Shown piece by piece: positions 38,270-52,565 of a stretch of DNA of 64,000 nucleotides; position 1 is the first letter of the stretch, and every line of letters begins with the position of its first letter. Location of the stretch: contig OZ199839.1 in assembly GCA_964304625.1 (NCBI GenBank), forward strand, positions 3,400,724 to 3,464,723, given 5' to 3'. The position numbers were made by a program, and so were the translations under genes. Under the pieces are notes generated by a model, which did not search any database, was not told where the DNA came from, and saw nothing but the letters and a program-made list of their open reading frames with translations. Origin of the DNA: Kudoa neothunni (Eukaryota; Animalia; Cnidaria).

Positions 38270-39111
38270 TAGGATATTTTATTAATGGAATTCTGGTACT
38301 TTCGCTTGAATGTTACTTAAGTATATTCAATACGAATTGTATAACTTATTGCTAGAGAAACTTACCATGCTTAATGGACAAAAGTTCCATGGATTAATCT
38401 CAAATGTTTAAAATTGTTGTAACCACGCCAATCGTCCGTCCTTAAGGTCGAGCCCAACTTGACGTTATCTAAAATAATATGTTCGAGAACTTATCTATGA
38501 CAAATATTTTCAATTTTTAAGAATCGTCTCCTTCTTCATCGATTCCGCCTATTATTCAATATTAATGACCCATAAAAAGCTTTCCTATATCGTATTTTCT
38601 TGTTGAGAAGGTGGTCTCATTAATTTGGACGATTATTTCTTCTTCCCCAATTTCATTGGGTTCTTCGTCTAATTTTAAAATCATTATGTTCCCAAAAATG
38701 GGCTTTTATTCTAATACTGTTGAATGTGTTAATATATATCCAAATGCTGATGCAAAGCTTCATAAGTCATATTTGGATGATAGTCTCAATCGCACTAAAA
38801 ATTGTCCACAAAGAAAGCCACTACATTTCAAATATTGTCCTATTTTAAATGAAAAATCTTTTCCTGCAAACAATGCACTTAAATAGGTTCTCGTCGTTTA
38901 CATTCTTCCTAATCTTCATATACATATTTTCACCATACACATATGTATAGAAGTAATGCAAAAATCCCACATTTAGGAAAAGTTGTATAATATATTCAAG
39001 GTAAAATCGACAATAACCAGAATCAAACGTTGAAATGGTTTCAGTATCCGCAAATGTGAATATTTTTGCAAAAATACGTATAATACGAACTTTACTGAAT
39101 ACTCTCGACAA
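38270..39111 (-). pseudogene. Second degenerate Merlin/IS1016-like transposase
   Basis: - strand FKCIVCRKRF (zinc motif), then EIGEEEIIVQINETTFSTRKYDIGK...IGGIDE, similar to the Merlin IGG..IVEIDESKF.KRKYNRG..WVFGG motif; many stops. Confidence 0.6.
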
Positions 39112-40438
39112 TCGACGAAGATTACATGTATACTTTAATTTAGCCGAAAATACAAGATTTCACCGGGTATTATGGTCGACATCGGGCCAAGTTTACTCCA
39201 GTATATAATTAATACCAATATTACTCCTTGTGCACTCTTTAAGATTTCTCTATTTTTGATAAATTTTCCCAAATCTGTTTACAGTATACAATAATAAAAT
39301 TTGGGGTAAAATAATTAAAGTAATGGTATGAAATTTTTTTATCTTTGGAAGTCTTTTGAGCGTTTATTTGACTCCAAGTTTTTATTTTACGATTTTAACG
39401 TGAAAATGTGTCAAAAGTGAAGTGGAAATATTTTTCTTTAATTGTATCGACTCCATTTTTTATAAAATAATGATTAATATACAATATACCATTTAATCCA
39501 CGTTAACATCCTAATAATGATTTCAGATCCTGTTCGCAAATTATCGTAGGGATAAGTGATATTTTTCTTGAATTGTTTTGGTTGTTAAGTGGTAAATTAT
39601 ATATTTCCCACGGAAAAAAACAATTATTATAATTTTTTAAAAATTAGGTCAGGATTATCTAACTATTTGAACAAATCTTACATTTTTTCATTAAATCTTT
39701 CCATCCTTCTGACAAACGGTACAGTTCAGATAATGGCTCTTCACGATCCTTGTGCATGACCATTAGAATGGGGGTACCCAAATATCCGTTCAAATCAGTA
39801 GAATTCATATTTATACCATTGTTCTTTAAATAATTTTTCCTCAAAAAATTAGTGTATTCGATTACTTTTTACTGATAATTCCAGAAAAAAATATAAAAAA
39901 AGTCTAAATATTATGAATCCATTGATATCAATGAGTGGTAGGACCAGAAGATAGGCTCAGAATTTTTTCAGTCAAAATTTGTTTGTTTGAGATATTTGGG
40001 ATCCCAAGCAATTCTAGATTTGCTGGCATTCGAATTTCCAATTACTCTTATATCCACTGGTTTGCCTGAATCCTCCGATGATTCCAAAAATCAGTCGTAG
40101 GGCACGCCGCATGATTATTCTAGTCAATCAATGAATTTGCTATACTCACTCATTGATAGTTGTTGAATTAGATTTGAATATGGGATTACCTTTTGTTCAA
40201 ATTCAGGAAAAAACAGAAAAAGTATGTCCTTCATGAAAATAAATAATAATTTGTTGCTTCACTTATTCATTAAATTTTTGTTTACAAATAATTAAAATAA
40301 GGAGATTTTTCCCAGAAAAACCAAATCTTGATATTTTAAACAAAAAATAAGTTACTAAACAATGGTTTATATTTTACGACCACTTGCTAAAAGCTTACGA
40401 ATAAATACGTAAAAGATTTAGTAGGATTATTTGATATA

Positions 40439-41585
40439 CAGTCGGTGACCACTAATCCGTAAAAGCTTCGCGCGCTTGCGCGATAAACAAACCAATGAAA
40501 AATTTATATTTTTTATCTAATTTTTAAGACTTTCTAAAATAATCTGTTGTTTTAGAATGTATTTGAGTTTTTCAATCTACTCATACATATATGACTCTAG
40601 TTTAAACAATTCATCACCTACAGAGTAACCAGAACCTTTGAAAAATATTTCCAAATTTTCGAAGAACATTAGAGCATCTTTAGAAGAGAATTTAAGATTA
40701 TTAATTTGGAAATATTGCATCATTTAGTTCAAACCGAAAAAAATAATAAAGCATACCTTTGGCGCGAAAAAAATAATTGCTATAATTGAAATAATATTAT
40801 AAGGAATATTTGGGTTTCATCTAATGTAGGTAAAACAATTTATTTGAGATAAAAATAACCATATTTTGTAACCACTTACGAGGCGTTAAATGATAGAACT
40901 GCGCGGTCTCATCGACATTATATATTTTATCCTCCTTATAATTTTCAAGAATTTTAAGAAGTTGAGTGTTCCAATCTGTAATAATTTCTATAGGTACCGT
41001 GCTAGCCTAACTTCATCACGAAAGCTTATATTTTTTAAGATGAACCTATTTTTAAAGCCACGAAACCATCCATAACTAACATTTTTTAAATCGTCATCAG
41101 AAGCACCTATCCCATTTCTTTTGTTAAATATTTCGATAGACTTTAATTCGATACTTTTTGACCTCATCCAAACGTACCACTCATACTCATGTTGATTAGC
41201 GTCTTCATATTTTCCTTTTCGCATTGATCTTCGTTTAGCTAAAAGCAATTGACTTTCAAATGCATGTTTAATTTGAGCCCTTTTTTCTAAAATGATATTT
41301 AAAGTTTAAATATAATATATTTTGAAATGTTTAATAATTCCCGCCTTTCTATTTAAGGGCGTAAAACTATCATAATATTTAATTATATCATATTTCTCTT
41401 GAAACTTTATGAATATCTGAATTCTTTTTTCGGGCATTTAGAGATAATTACGAATTATCGGTTATTTCACAAAATAAAAAAATAACTCTTATATTTAATT
41501 AAGAACTCATAATAAATGTTATTTGATTAATTTAACTGGTTGGATAAAGTTTTAAGGAAAGTTACGAGTTAACGGTCATCTACTG
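40439..41585 (-). mobile_element. pogo/Tigger-like element, internally deleted
   Basis: TA|CAGTCGGTGACCACTAATCCGTAA ... TTACGAGTTAACGGTCATCTACTG|TA; CENP-B-type HTH remnant YEWYVWMRSK...SYGWFRGFKNRF (40988-41248). Confidence 0.8.
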
Positions 41586-44145
41586 TATTTCATGGTTTTT
41601 ACTGAAAATTTAGTCAATAGATGAAGAAAATATTAGTCAATTGAATTGGTCCAAATTTTCGTAATTAACTTACCAAGTAATAATCAGAGATCAAATTGAC
41701 CCGAAAAGACCTCCGAGGATGGTTTTTTATCGACTTTAGAAGATTAAAGTCGATTTGGGGTGTAATATACTCCAAGTGTTTTAGAGGATAAAACATGTAT
41801 ATTAAGAATAGATTAAAAAATTTGTAAGTATCGATTTTGGAGAAAAGACGTTTTTGGAAGATTAATATTTATCCAACAAGAATCTTTGCGGGAAATATTT
41901 TCAAGATGCGGCCCTTAAATTATCTACTCTGAAAATTAGTACAACAAGAGATCTGTTGGTTAGAATCGGGAGGAAATGATCTCATGCTACCCCAAAATTA
42001 TCTCATTAAGTTGAAAACTTCATTTATTTAGCTTTCAAAATAATCTCTCCAAAATGGTTCTAATTGTTTATTGTGCCCATCACAGTCGTTAAAAGTGATA
42101 TTTAAAAAAAAAGATTCATTTAACTTCTCCTCTGAGCTAATCAAGAGTCTTACATTTCTTTATTTGTTGGTCGTATTCTTCTATGATGAAATTTTCCAAA
42201 TCCGTGCGTAGTTGGGCAATTCAAGCTAGTCTAAAATAAACTGCACGATAAACAAGAAATTTTTTTAATCATTACGGAGCCAAGTACAAACACACTAAGC
42301 GAAAAAGGATACAATTATAGTATTAAAAACTTTTACAACATATGCCGAATCATAATTTAAAGCTATAACTGATTTATTTTTAGATTATTTGAATAATGTA
42401 ATTTTATATTATTACAATCTTTTTTGAATATTTTGGATGCACGAATCTCGGGATGTTAGATGGAAATACAAAAAACCGTATTGGCTTGCGAGCTTAAAAG
42501 TTTAGAATGAATCATAAAATATTATTAATCTATTTTTAAATTTTTTTTGAATAATAATACCGAAAAAATACTTACGATGTTAGCGCAAGCGCAAAATTTT
42601 AAATTTTATGTGATTATGGAGGGTGTCATATAATCGGCCATACATAACTCTTAACAACCAATGTACATTATCTTCTTTGTTTCATAACTTAAATACGTAT
42701 ATGGTCGAGTTAATGATGATAAGGAATGTATATGACTATTTTTTGTGCTTAAATTTAAAATTCACATCGCGTCGGTAATCTACGGGTTCCGAACCTTTTT
42801 GCAACCAGATGTCGTTATCTGTTAACAGTCAGTCACATAAAATATTTTTCATAAAATATTCGTTTTTATATTTAGGGGCCATCCGAAATCTACAAATCGG
42901 TGCTTACGGATTTTTGATTAGTTATGCCTTTATGATTGTGTTACCATCATTCCACGGCTTGAATGACTACAAAAAATACAGCGTGTACACCGAATATCAT
43001 CTTTACAGTCCATTCGACTGTTTTAGACACACTTTTTTCAATACTGATGAACCAAGATTTCCGGATGAATATTTTTTCGGGCTGCTATAAGCTGGCCCTG
43101 TATTTGATTGTGCATTATTCAATAATATGTTTATTTTAAATGGTTGATTTTTTGGGACGTTCTTTTTTGATTAATCAATAAATATTTATTAATATAACAT
43201 GGTTGAGAGAGTTCTACAATTAATCGCCACATACGTGCAATATAAATTGAGGCCTAAGTACTTTTTTGTTCAACCAGTTTATTTTTTACGCTTGTAAATA
43301 AATAAATTCTTTAATTTTAAGTTATTTTTATATTCTCTTTAATTATATGTATTTTTTATAATAAAATAATTGGTTTTATCCCAAAACTCCTCCGGATGTG
43401 GATTTTTATTCACGTCTATTTTCGCCATTTCTATATAACATAATGACTGTTTTATGGCGCTACAATAGCATTGTTTAATGTGTTGATAATGTTGACATAT
43501 TTTTGATTGTATTCGCATTGATTATTAGTGCCTTTCAAATAAGAAAGTTAATGTCAATAAATTTTTTTATAAACGACTATGTTTGGTTAATCTTTAAACG
43601 AAAGCATTTAGTGCATGTAAAACTTATAAAATAAATGATAAAATATTAATTTAATATATATTATGGGGAATTGATTATTTAACATAAACAAATAATATTT
43701 TGAATAAATTGATAAGAAAAATATTATTAGCAATAAAGTAATTTTTAATTTAAAAAAGATGAGTAAAATTAATTTAATAATAAAATGCAATTAAATTATT
43801 ATTAGGAAAGGATGGAACGAGTAAAAATTACATTTTTTTATAATTAAACAATGTGAGTTATTATATTTATTTTTTTTTGAGATAATTTATCGAAGAAATA
43901 AATTTAACAGATATTTATGCATTGTTTTTTTTTGATACTAATTTTAAGGAATAAAAGAAAGGAAAACATGGTAATTAATAAGGATACCGTTTATAAAATT
44001 ATATATATATTTTAATTAATTTTTATAATATATTGTTAAAATTGAAATATAGCCACGCTTAACTATTATAAAAATCTCTTTAATCATTTCTCACTGAATG
44101 TTACGCACTAATGCTAGATTAATAAAGCAACTAACAAAATATGTC

Positions 44146-47100
44146 ATGCTATGCTTTAGTGTTATTATTTGTATACATTTATTCACATTATCAATTTATA
44201 CCGAGTAATAGAACACGATTAATTAAGTTTTATTTTAAATAAATACTCGCGTAGACCAAAAAAAAACTTTTTAATTAATACGACATTTGTCTTTAATCGT
44301 AGAAAACTTGGACCGAATTACATTCGTGATTACATATTACTGGCTTAATTTAATCAGTCAGCAAAATGCATGAACGTTACCTAATTTTAGGACCTGAATC
44401 TCGTTTTATCTGTAACACGAATAGACTATAATACATATCGAAATTAAGAAATCATTCAAATATCTGTGAGAATTAATTGATTTACCGCTAAACTGAACAT
44501 ATATTTGCGCCAAGCAATGATACTCGCCATTAATTCCTACTTCTTTAGACACTCGTTTCACATACACATTCATAGATTAGCTGTCCTAAGTTGGGTGTTA
44601 TCAATTCGATAGCCTGTAGTTATTTGTCGTTGATTAGGTTGATGATGTCATACGGTTATACTGGGTGTACAATAGTAAGCACTTGTCTAATTTTATTCCT
44701 CCTAACACATGGTGCTACTGATCTAATATGTGTACAATTTTTAAATGCTATGTGTTAGATTTCGTAGTGAATGCGAATCAATTTTCCCACAAATACATAA
44801 AGATGGTAACCTTACTATGGAAAATCCAATCTACTGATTATAGAATTATAAAAATCCTCAAATAGTTGTTCGAGCACCAAAACTTATGTCCATCGATCTT
44901 GATACTTATGTTTCGAGTTTTTTGGTATGTAACTATTCATATATAAATTCCGTATTAAAGTTTCACCGCGTACGTCAATTAATACTACAATAATTAATAT
45001 CAGCAAGTCTAACAGATACATTAGTAAAATGAAACAAAATATCCTATTAAATATTGTGATTTATAAAAGTCTACACCATTAAATATCAATTTTATATTCA
45101 TAGAAAATACAATATTATGGGAATTTATCACGGTATCATCAACTTTTAATGTTATTATTATTTAGTCGCCCTGAAAAACATTTTAGAATAATTTTACAAA
45201 AATTCACAACAAATCGATTGATATAATTATTAAATTTGTTAATTTAAAGGATGCGACAGAAATTAAATTGTTTTATTATATACAATATGATCAGATTGAA
45301 TAAAAGTATGTATTTTAATAATCAATTTCCCAATTAAAAATCATAAATATATTGTGTTTTATTTATTAAAATTATTTTAATATTTTTAGAAAATTAAAAG
45401 CTAAAAATCCACGATTAGTCTGAATTATACTTCAACTATTTAAATTAGACTTAATTGTTAAAATTTATAGTTTATTTTTTGGAATAGAATTGAAGTCTAT
45501 TTTTATATTTATTTTAATTAGATTAAGTTGCCGTCAAATAAATTTATTACTCACTCAAAGAAAAGTCATTATATTTGAATTATTATATAAATCTCTAATA
45601 TACTACGATTGTATTGGTCGATTACATCGAACAGGATTAGTTTAAATTATTTTTTAAATATATCTCTATTGATATCAGTAATATTCGAAACATTGCTTAT
45701 AAAGTTTAAATTAATTTATATTTAATATAACCAGAAGTTAACTGTAAAATTAAAGAAAAGTTTAAATGATTTTTGGGCCAACCGTGTAATTGAAAGATAA
45801 GATATTAAAGATGTTTCCGATAAAAAATCAAATTGATAATTAACTTCAGCCGTTACAAATATTTGTTATCTTTAGAAGAAATAATTGAAAATTTGAATTA
45901 ATTTTTTCTGCTAACTAGGTTTCCAACCTTCAAAAAGTGTCAAAACCTTATAAAAGCTACGTTACAGAAACTCTAAAAAATATGCAATTCGTAAGTGCTA
46001 AGAGATACCAGGAAGTGTTCACTATAAATGGTCAAAATTTTAGAACTATGTATGGCACAATGTAGTGATCCGATTACGAAAAGTCCATTACTGGACTAGA
46101 GATCCTCCAAATTTTCAATATTTCAATGTTCACATTATTTTTCACGAAGCCATGAGGGACTATACTCCTTTCAAAAACCATGGCGACCTTGTCTTGGTAT
46201 TAGTGTAATCATCTTTTCAAATTAATACTTATTAATATTTTATAGAGACTTGGACAAGAATCATCCTAAATACAATGCTCGAACTCTGGGAATTGCTTCA
46301 TTGGGTAGTGTCTGCGATAAAACAATGGCTGTTTCGAATGTAATCATTCTTGTCTTATCTTTCTTGAATATATAAGTATATTTTTAAGATCGGCTACAAA
46401 GCAAACTATGATCCACGAAAAGCTTCAAGAACCATTGTTCATGAATTAGGGCATAATCTTGGGATGCCACACGTTAGTATGTGTCGTTAGTTTTCTAGTT
46501 GTTTGTCCTCTGCTTAGTGAAGTTAATAAAATTGTAGACCGTTTGTCTTCAGAATGCCAATGTTCGTATGGAAAGTTGTGCATAATGGCTCCACATGTGT
46601 TTGACTGGTAATTGACAAATTATTTTTAAAAATAATTCTACCGGATCGATGGTCGATTCAAGGGAGTACGATATACCTCCTACTTTCCATAGTTGTTCGA
46701 TAAGGCAAATGTTGAAATTTACCCAAAATAAACACTGCTTGGCCAAAAATGAACCTCAGCGAGTATTAGACAAAATCGTTCTTCTACTAACCAATATCAA
46801 ATAAGGATCCAATTCATGCATGTGGAAACGGTATCGTTGATCCAGGAGAAACTTGTGATTGTGGATTTAAACAAGTGGAAAATATTTGTACGGTCATTTT
46901 AACTTATTTTTGTATGCAGAGCTGTGAAATCTCAAGGTCTTCAAACGTGTGCATAAATTGTCGGCTTACAGGGGGATTTCAGTGTGTGCAAGGAGAATGC
47001 TGCGACAATTCGATGGTATACTTTTATATTTATTCCCTCCTAATATGTTTTCATATCGATTTTATCAATAATTCACAATGAAAATAAAATTATAAAAATC

Positions 47101-48237
47101 TAATGAATTAATTCAAATAAAAATTTACCTAAAAGATGGATTAGAAAATTAACTTCACCACACAGATTCAGATAATAAAATAAATTTAAAATATTCATCA
47201 CTGAGTCTGAGCTATTACCATTATTTAAAGCATGAATTAGTCAACTATCATACTTAACAAAAATTTAATCTAGTTTTCTCCTCAAACAAAACTGTGCAGA
47301 AAAGCGGTAAACCGTTGTGATTATCCAGACTTTTGTGAAGGTACAAATCAAAACGTATGTATGACATGATAACGATATAAGCTAATTTTATGGAGAGTAG
47401 TGCCCAATAGATAAGAAAATATCTGACGGAGCACCGTGTTCTAAAGAGGTAATTCAATATAGAACATTAGTTACCTTTGATAATAACCCCATTAGGCTTT
47501 ATGTTTCCAAAACCAATGTCCTTTAAGTGAGAATCTTTGTAAAGGAGGATTTAAGCACTGTAATCAATAATTAATGTGTAATTTTATGATGACCATTAAG
47601 CTACGTACATGGTACGCTCCGAAAGTTGCGAGATATACATTCGACAAAATTTGAATCAGCTCTGCTTGAATGCGAGAAGAAAGGGAGATTCTGATCTTCA
47701 ATGGTTATTCTGTCATTTGTAGGTGGTGATTTATTGTCATAAAATAAAATAAATAACGCAAGACAACTCGAGAACAAATGCGGACCGATAGTATGCACTG
47801 GCAATGTCAATCCACGCGACAAACACTATGTTATAGACACGCCCAATGGCAAATGCTAGTAATGATATTCTTGACCAAATCCCATGAATAATACCTTTAT
47901 TTCATAGTTTACCAGCTCACCCGGCCAAAGATATCCATCGTGTTAAATCGAATGGCACAGTATGTCCAAATAATCAAGTATCGTGATTTTTATTTCTTTT
48001 TATTCATGATAAATACATGTACTCATGAATTTAGGTGTGTTGGAATAGTTCGTGTGTTGATAGAAGTTCGGTGAGCGATAAATGCAACAACAGATGCAGT
48101 CGAAACCAGGCACTATTTATACATTTGAATATTCCTATAAAGGAGAGCCTATATAGATTTGCTTAATGGATGGTACTTGTGCCACAAAAAGTCATTCCCC
48201 GAGACAATCATATTATTATGGAAATTTCTACAAGTAG
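44146..48237 (+). CDS. ADAM/reprolysin (M12B) metalloprotease-disintegrin, multi-exon
   Basis: Signal peptide MLCFSVIICIHLFTLSIYT; TLGIASLGSVC; zinc motif HELGHNLGMPH (46440-46472); Met-turn CIMAP; disintegrin CGNGIVDPGETCDCG...CRKAVNRCDYPDFC; Cys-rich and EGF-like exons; ends YGNFYK then TAG TAA. Pro-domain exons only partly resolved. Confidence 0.88.
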
Positions 48238-50863
48238 TAAATAATTAAAAATTTATCTGAATATTTCCTTGAAGAACGATGAAACGCCCAAATGGAAGTG
48301 GTTAGGATAACAGAATTATCTACTGATAGGAATTTTTCTTCCATATTAAAGACTATAACTATACTTATTTAGTCATCGTATTTAGAATTTAGATCCATAG
48401 TTGCATTTTATTTTTGAAAAATTGAAAGTAACTCACTAGAATAATTAGAATATATTAATATCTTTCTTATTATATCAAGACTTTATTGAATTTATGTAAA
48501 CTAACAAAACCTTAGACTCACTAATCAAAGAAATTAAGTAATACAAACAATAAAAAAAATTAACAAATTTTATTTAATAAACATGTAAAATATGAGTTTA
48601 TTTTACGCGTTTGAAATAATGAATAAGCAATTGTTGATAATATTAGAATTTATGACGAGATGGAGCTAACTTTTTAAGATAATTGATTTACGCGTTCTAA
48701 CGTTTAAATAATTATTTTTTAGATTTATCTCTACCTCTTTTATAGTTTTAATTTTTACAATGTTGAATCATATAGAAGGTTCTCATGATAAAAATGAAGA
48801 CTGTTAAATTAATTAAACAGCGATATACAGTGGACTAGATATAGGGAGGTTGACAATTTTTAACACTTTCGATCTAATTCAAAAATGTTACGTTTAATTT
48901 TCCCACGTATTCCAATTTTAGATATGAAAAAACAATATAATAAATAAGTTCTACAATTTTAAGCAATTTTAGTGATTTGTTTAAGGGAATAAATTTCTAG
49001 ATTTTTAATCAAACTAATTACTTAAAATAAACATCGAAAATCCGATATTACAAAATTTCAGATAATTATAAATTGTGAATATAAATCAGAAGGCACCATA
49101 ATTTGTAAAAATCATTATTTTGAATAACAAACATATCTTTTAATCGTATTGACTAAACATATATTTCGATAATATAAATTCCATTTCAATTAGTTTAAGA
49201 AATCAACGCATAATTATTTTTTCCTATGAACCAGAAAATCATTCATTCAACTAATTTGCTAATTTAATTATCATTTGAATATGAAAATAAACTTATGTTG
49301 AAGAAATCTATAATTTGGAGAGATCTGCTATGAGAGAAAAATGAACAATATCATGGGTATTTGATGGCGAAAAAAAGCAATAATTATTAATAATGGCTTT
49401 TCACCGAATGATTTAAATCATTATAGATATTATCTTCAAAGTATTTAATCATTTCTTTGTCCAAAAATATAATCATAGGCAGTCTACCCCCAACCAAAAG
49501 ACTTTGATGTGATAAAGATAATCACAATCTATTAATTCGTCCGAGACAAAACTATTTAAATATACTGACCTTGAGTTAGTTGAAATATCTACCATTGAAA
49601 GCTGTTCCAAATAATCTTAAATATTATTAAAATTTACCCAAAGAAGAATTATGCTTTGTTATGTAAATTTATTTGATGAAATAATTTATATTTAGTTATG
49701 ACGTTAATATTTTATTAAAAAAATTGTTTTAATATAATTATTTTCAGATTACAATTAAATTAATTAATTAATTGGGGATGTTTTGAATTTGTAATAATTC
49801 AAAAAACGATCTTTCTATCAATACAATATTTATGAAAAGGGTATAAATGTAAATAGGACAGAGTTTGATGTCAATAACGATACTTTCCGTATAACTCAAA
49901 TAAATATTCTCAGAAATCCTTTTTTGGTATATTAAGTGAATCAATTATAGTCTTGCAGTGAAATTCCAAGATAAATGGCGTTCAAAAAATTAAGTGTATT
50001 ATAAACGAAATTTTATGTCTAAAATGTAATTCTACATTCTCTGGAAATATTCAATTCTTTTAACCCAAACGATGCCATCACACCGTCCTTCATTTCCTTT
50101 TTAACAAATACCGTTGATTTATATTAATAATTGGTTAAATTTAGAACATTTATGTTAAAATTTATAAAAATAGTATTTGGTGTAAAATGAATTAATTAGA
50201 TAATGTGTTATAAATTTTCCATTATTTCACGGCATATTTAGAAATAATACCTTAAATACAGCAAATAATATAAAAAAATAATAAATAAACAATATGACAC
50301 TATTACGTCATGTTTAAAATTCATGCTGTTGCATTACTTTCCCCATTTTGTTAGTTCTAGTTTAGGTAAATTCTAAAATGATAAATAATATTAACAATAA
50401 ATTTTAAATTTTGATGATTATTATAATATATTAATTTCGAATAAAATTTAATTTATAAAAATTTTATGATGAGCGGTTTAAGGAAAATAAACCGGTGTGA
50501 CTCATTTTAAAAGTATAAGATCCACTTCGAAAACGAAGTCAGATGAGACTTTAAATGCTGCGACAAATAAATACAAGACTTATTTTAAGAAAAAGTGGTA
50601 AAAAATTTATTTCGTATTAGTAAACATGCTAAAGACCATCACCTATCTTAAGCAGATAGTCGAAATGACCCCCGCCTTTTATCGAAAGTGTGGAGTTATT
50701 GCACGGATGGGGGCCACTTAACTACGATTCGTGAAGTCCTATGTTTATCTACTGCGCATTAAGTTTTAAATAGCGCTTTGCAGAACAATCCCTTAATAAA
50801 AGCTTTGTTAGAATGTACGTTCACATGCTCACTATTGTAAGTGATAGCGCACGCAGTTACAGT

Positions 50864-51936
50864 TAGGCCTTTAAAAAATCGAGGGTGATTATGTGTTGAA
50901 GTGAGGATTATTAAGGATTTGGATAGGGGTTTCATGGTTCCAACGTTTTTGGGTTGTAACTAGTTTTAAGAAATATCATGTTAGATAATACATCTCAGTA
51001 TATTAATTATACTAGTTTAAAACGCTTGAAACATTCCAACACACAGAAATATTGTTGAGATAAGTAATAAAAAAATGCTTTTGACGATTGCTCGACTTTA
51101 AAGTTAATTTTAATGAAAACAAAATAATTGAATATTTTTGTTATTAGTTACTTAATGAATATAAATAAAAAGATAACTTAATTAAATAAATTAAAACTTA
51201 TCATGTTGAAATTTTGGAACAAATATTGTTATAAAATTTGTATAATCATGAATAAACTAATTGAAAAAATTTATAAACTTAAAACCACATTAAGTAATGC
51301 TATCGTCAAATTGAAATATCTTCGTTCTAATTTTGAATAGAATAAATTAGAAAGTTCTGTTTTTAAAATACGATGTCACGAGATTGAACATTTACAAATT
51401 TATTAATAACATATATAATTAAAAAAATTCAGTGAACAATTAAAGACTTCGAATTTATTAAAATTATAGAGAAATAATAATTTTTTTGATGTATTTATCA
51501 ACAACATGGAGATTCCGAGTGAATCCGAATGTGTTCGACTTAAGATTTATTTCCAGTTTATAGGTTAATTCATTTTGGTCTGAATTTAACTTCATAATGT
51601 AATTTTATGTGGTATGAACAAAAATGAAAAAACCTTTGAAAAAGAAGTGAATTAACAGGACGAATTGTGGGATACGACTTTATTTCCGATTTTGTATGCG
51701 ACACCGCCCTAAGTTCGTACAGAGATATTGTAGTACTGTAGTTTAGCCGACGTTTTAAAAGAAATAAAATAGTTTATTCCAAAAAATAATGCACTGTTGT
51801 ATTTTGATAAGAAAATTAATCCCAACATTGATTACAAAAATCCACTGTGAACGAATCACACAATCTTGTTAATACATTAACTTAATCTCTTCGAAATTGA
51901 GGACAATCCCTATACCCTCGAATTTTTGAAGGCCTA
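50864..51936. mobile_element. hAT-type MITE
   Basis: TIRs TAGGCCTTTAAAAAATCGAGGGT / ACCCTCGAATTTTTGAAGGCCTA; flanks GTTACAGT / GTTACACG. Confidence 0.7.
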
Positions 51937-52565
51937 GTTACACGTCGGTCAAGTGGATGAGGTTCATATTAGACGTTGTAACGTTCATTTATTTATTATA
52001 AAAAAATCCTGCAGACTTTACGCTCTACAGTGCCAACACGTTTTAAATTAAAAAAACTAGAGTTTACTAAGAAAATGGTAGGGTAACATCGAGATACTGA
52101 TGCTTAGTGAGTTAAATTCTTGCATCACCGCAGAAAAACTAGGTGAGGGGTCACATGTTATTCGCTTTAAATTATAGAGCGCTAATAAAGTCGCACCAGG
52201 TGTCACTATGCAAACATAAAAAATCCGTGATTGAAAAATTTCAAAGTATTGGTATTTCGTCATATATTAGAAACATGAATAATAATAAACATGATTAATT
52301 TTATTTAATATTACAATCTTACCAAAATACAAAGTATAAATCTAAATAGATTAATTTAGGTCGTATCATGAGTATATAGAGATATCATTAGATTATGGTT
52401 AGTAAAGCTTCCTTACTAACTTGTGCATAAACGATCTGATGAGAGTAGAAGAGTTCGTCCCACGAGGGCTATACACTTCCGAAAACTGTTCAATTGATTC
52501 ATATAGCTTTAATGTATATAAACTGCTTTTAAGAAGTTTCCCCTTTCGCATTTCGCATTTTGAAT

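Noticed and set aside
42661-43200. Possible small secreted-protein gene upstream of the ADAM
   Set aside because: The signal-like start has an in-frame TAA, exon phases could not be closed and no family was recognised; at most a pseudogene.
43608-43790. Hydrophobic 60-aa ORF and similar F/I/L/K-rich short ORFs elsewhere
   Set aside because: Expected by chance in very AT-rich DNA; no splice or motif support.
50630-52040. GC-richer blocks flanking the hAT MITE as an RNA gene or exon
   Set aside because: No tRNA, snRNA or rRNA fold or motif was recognised and the frames I read contain stops; probably an old TE fragment.
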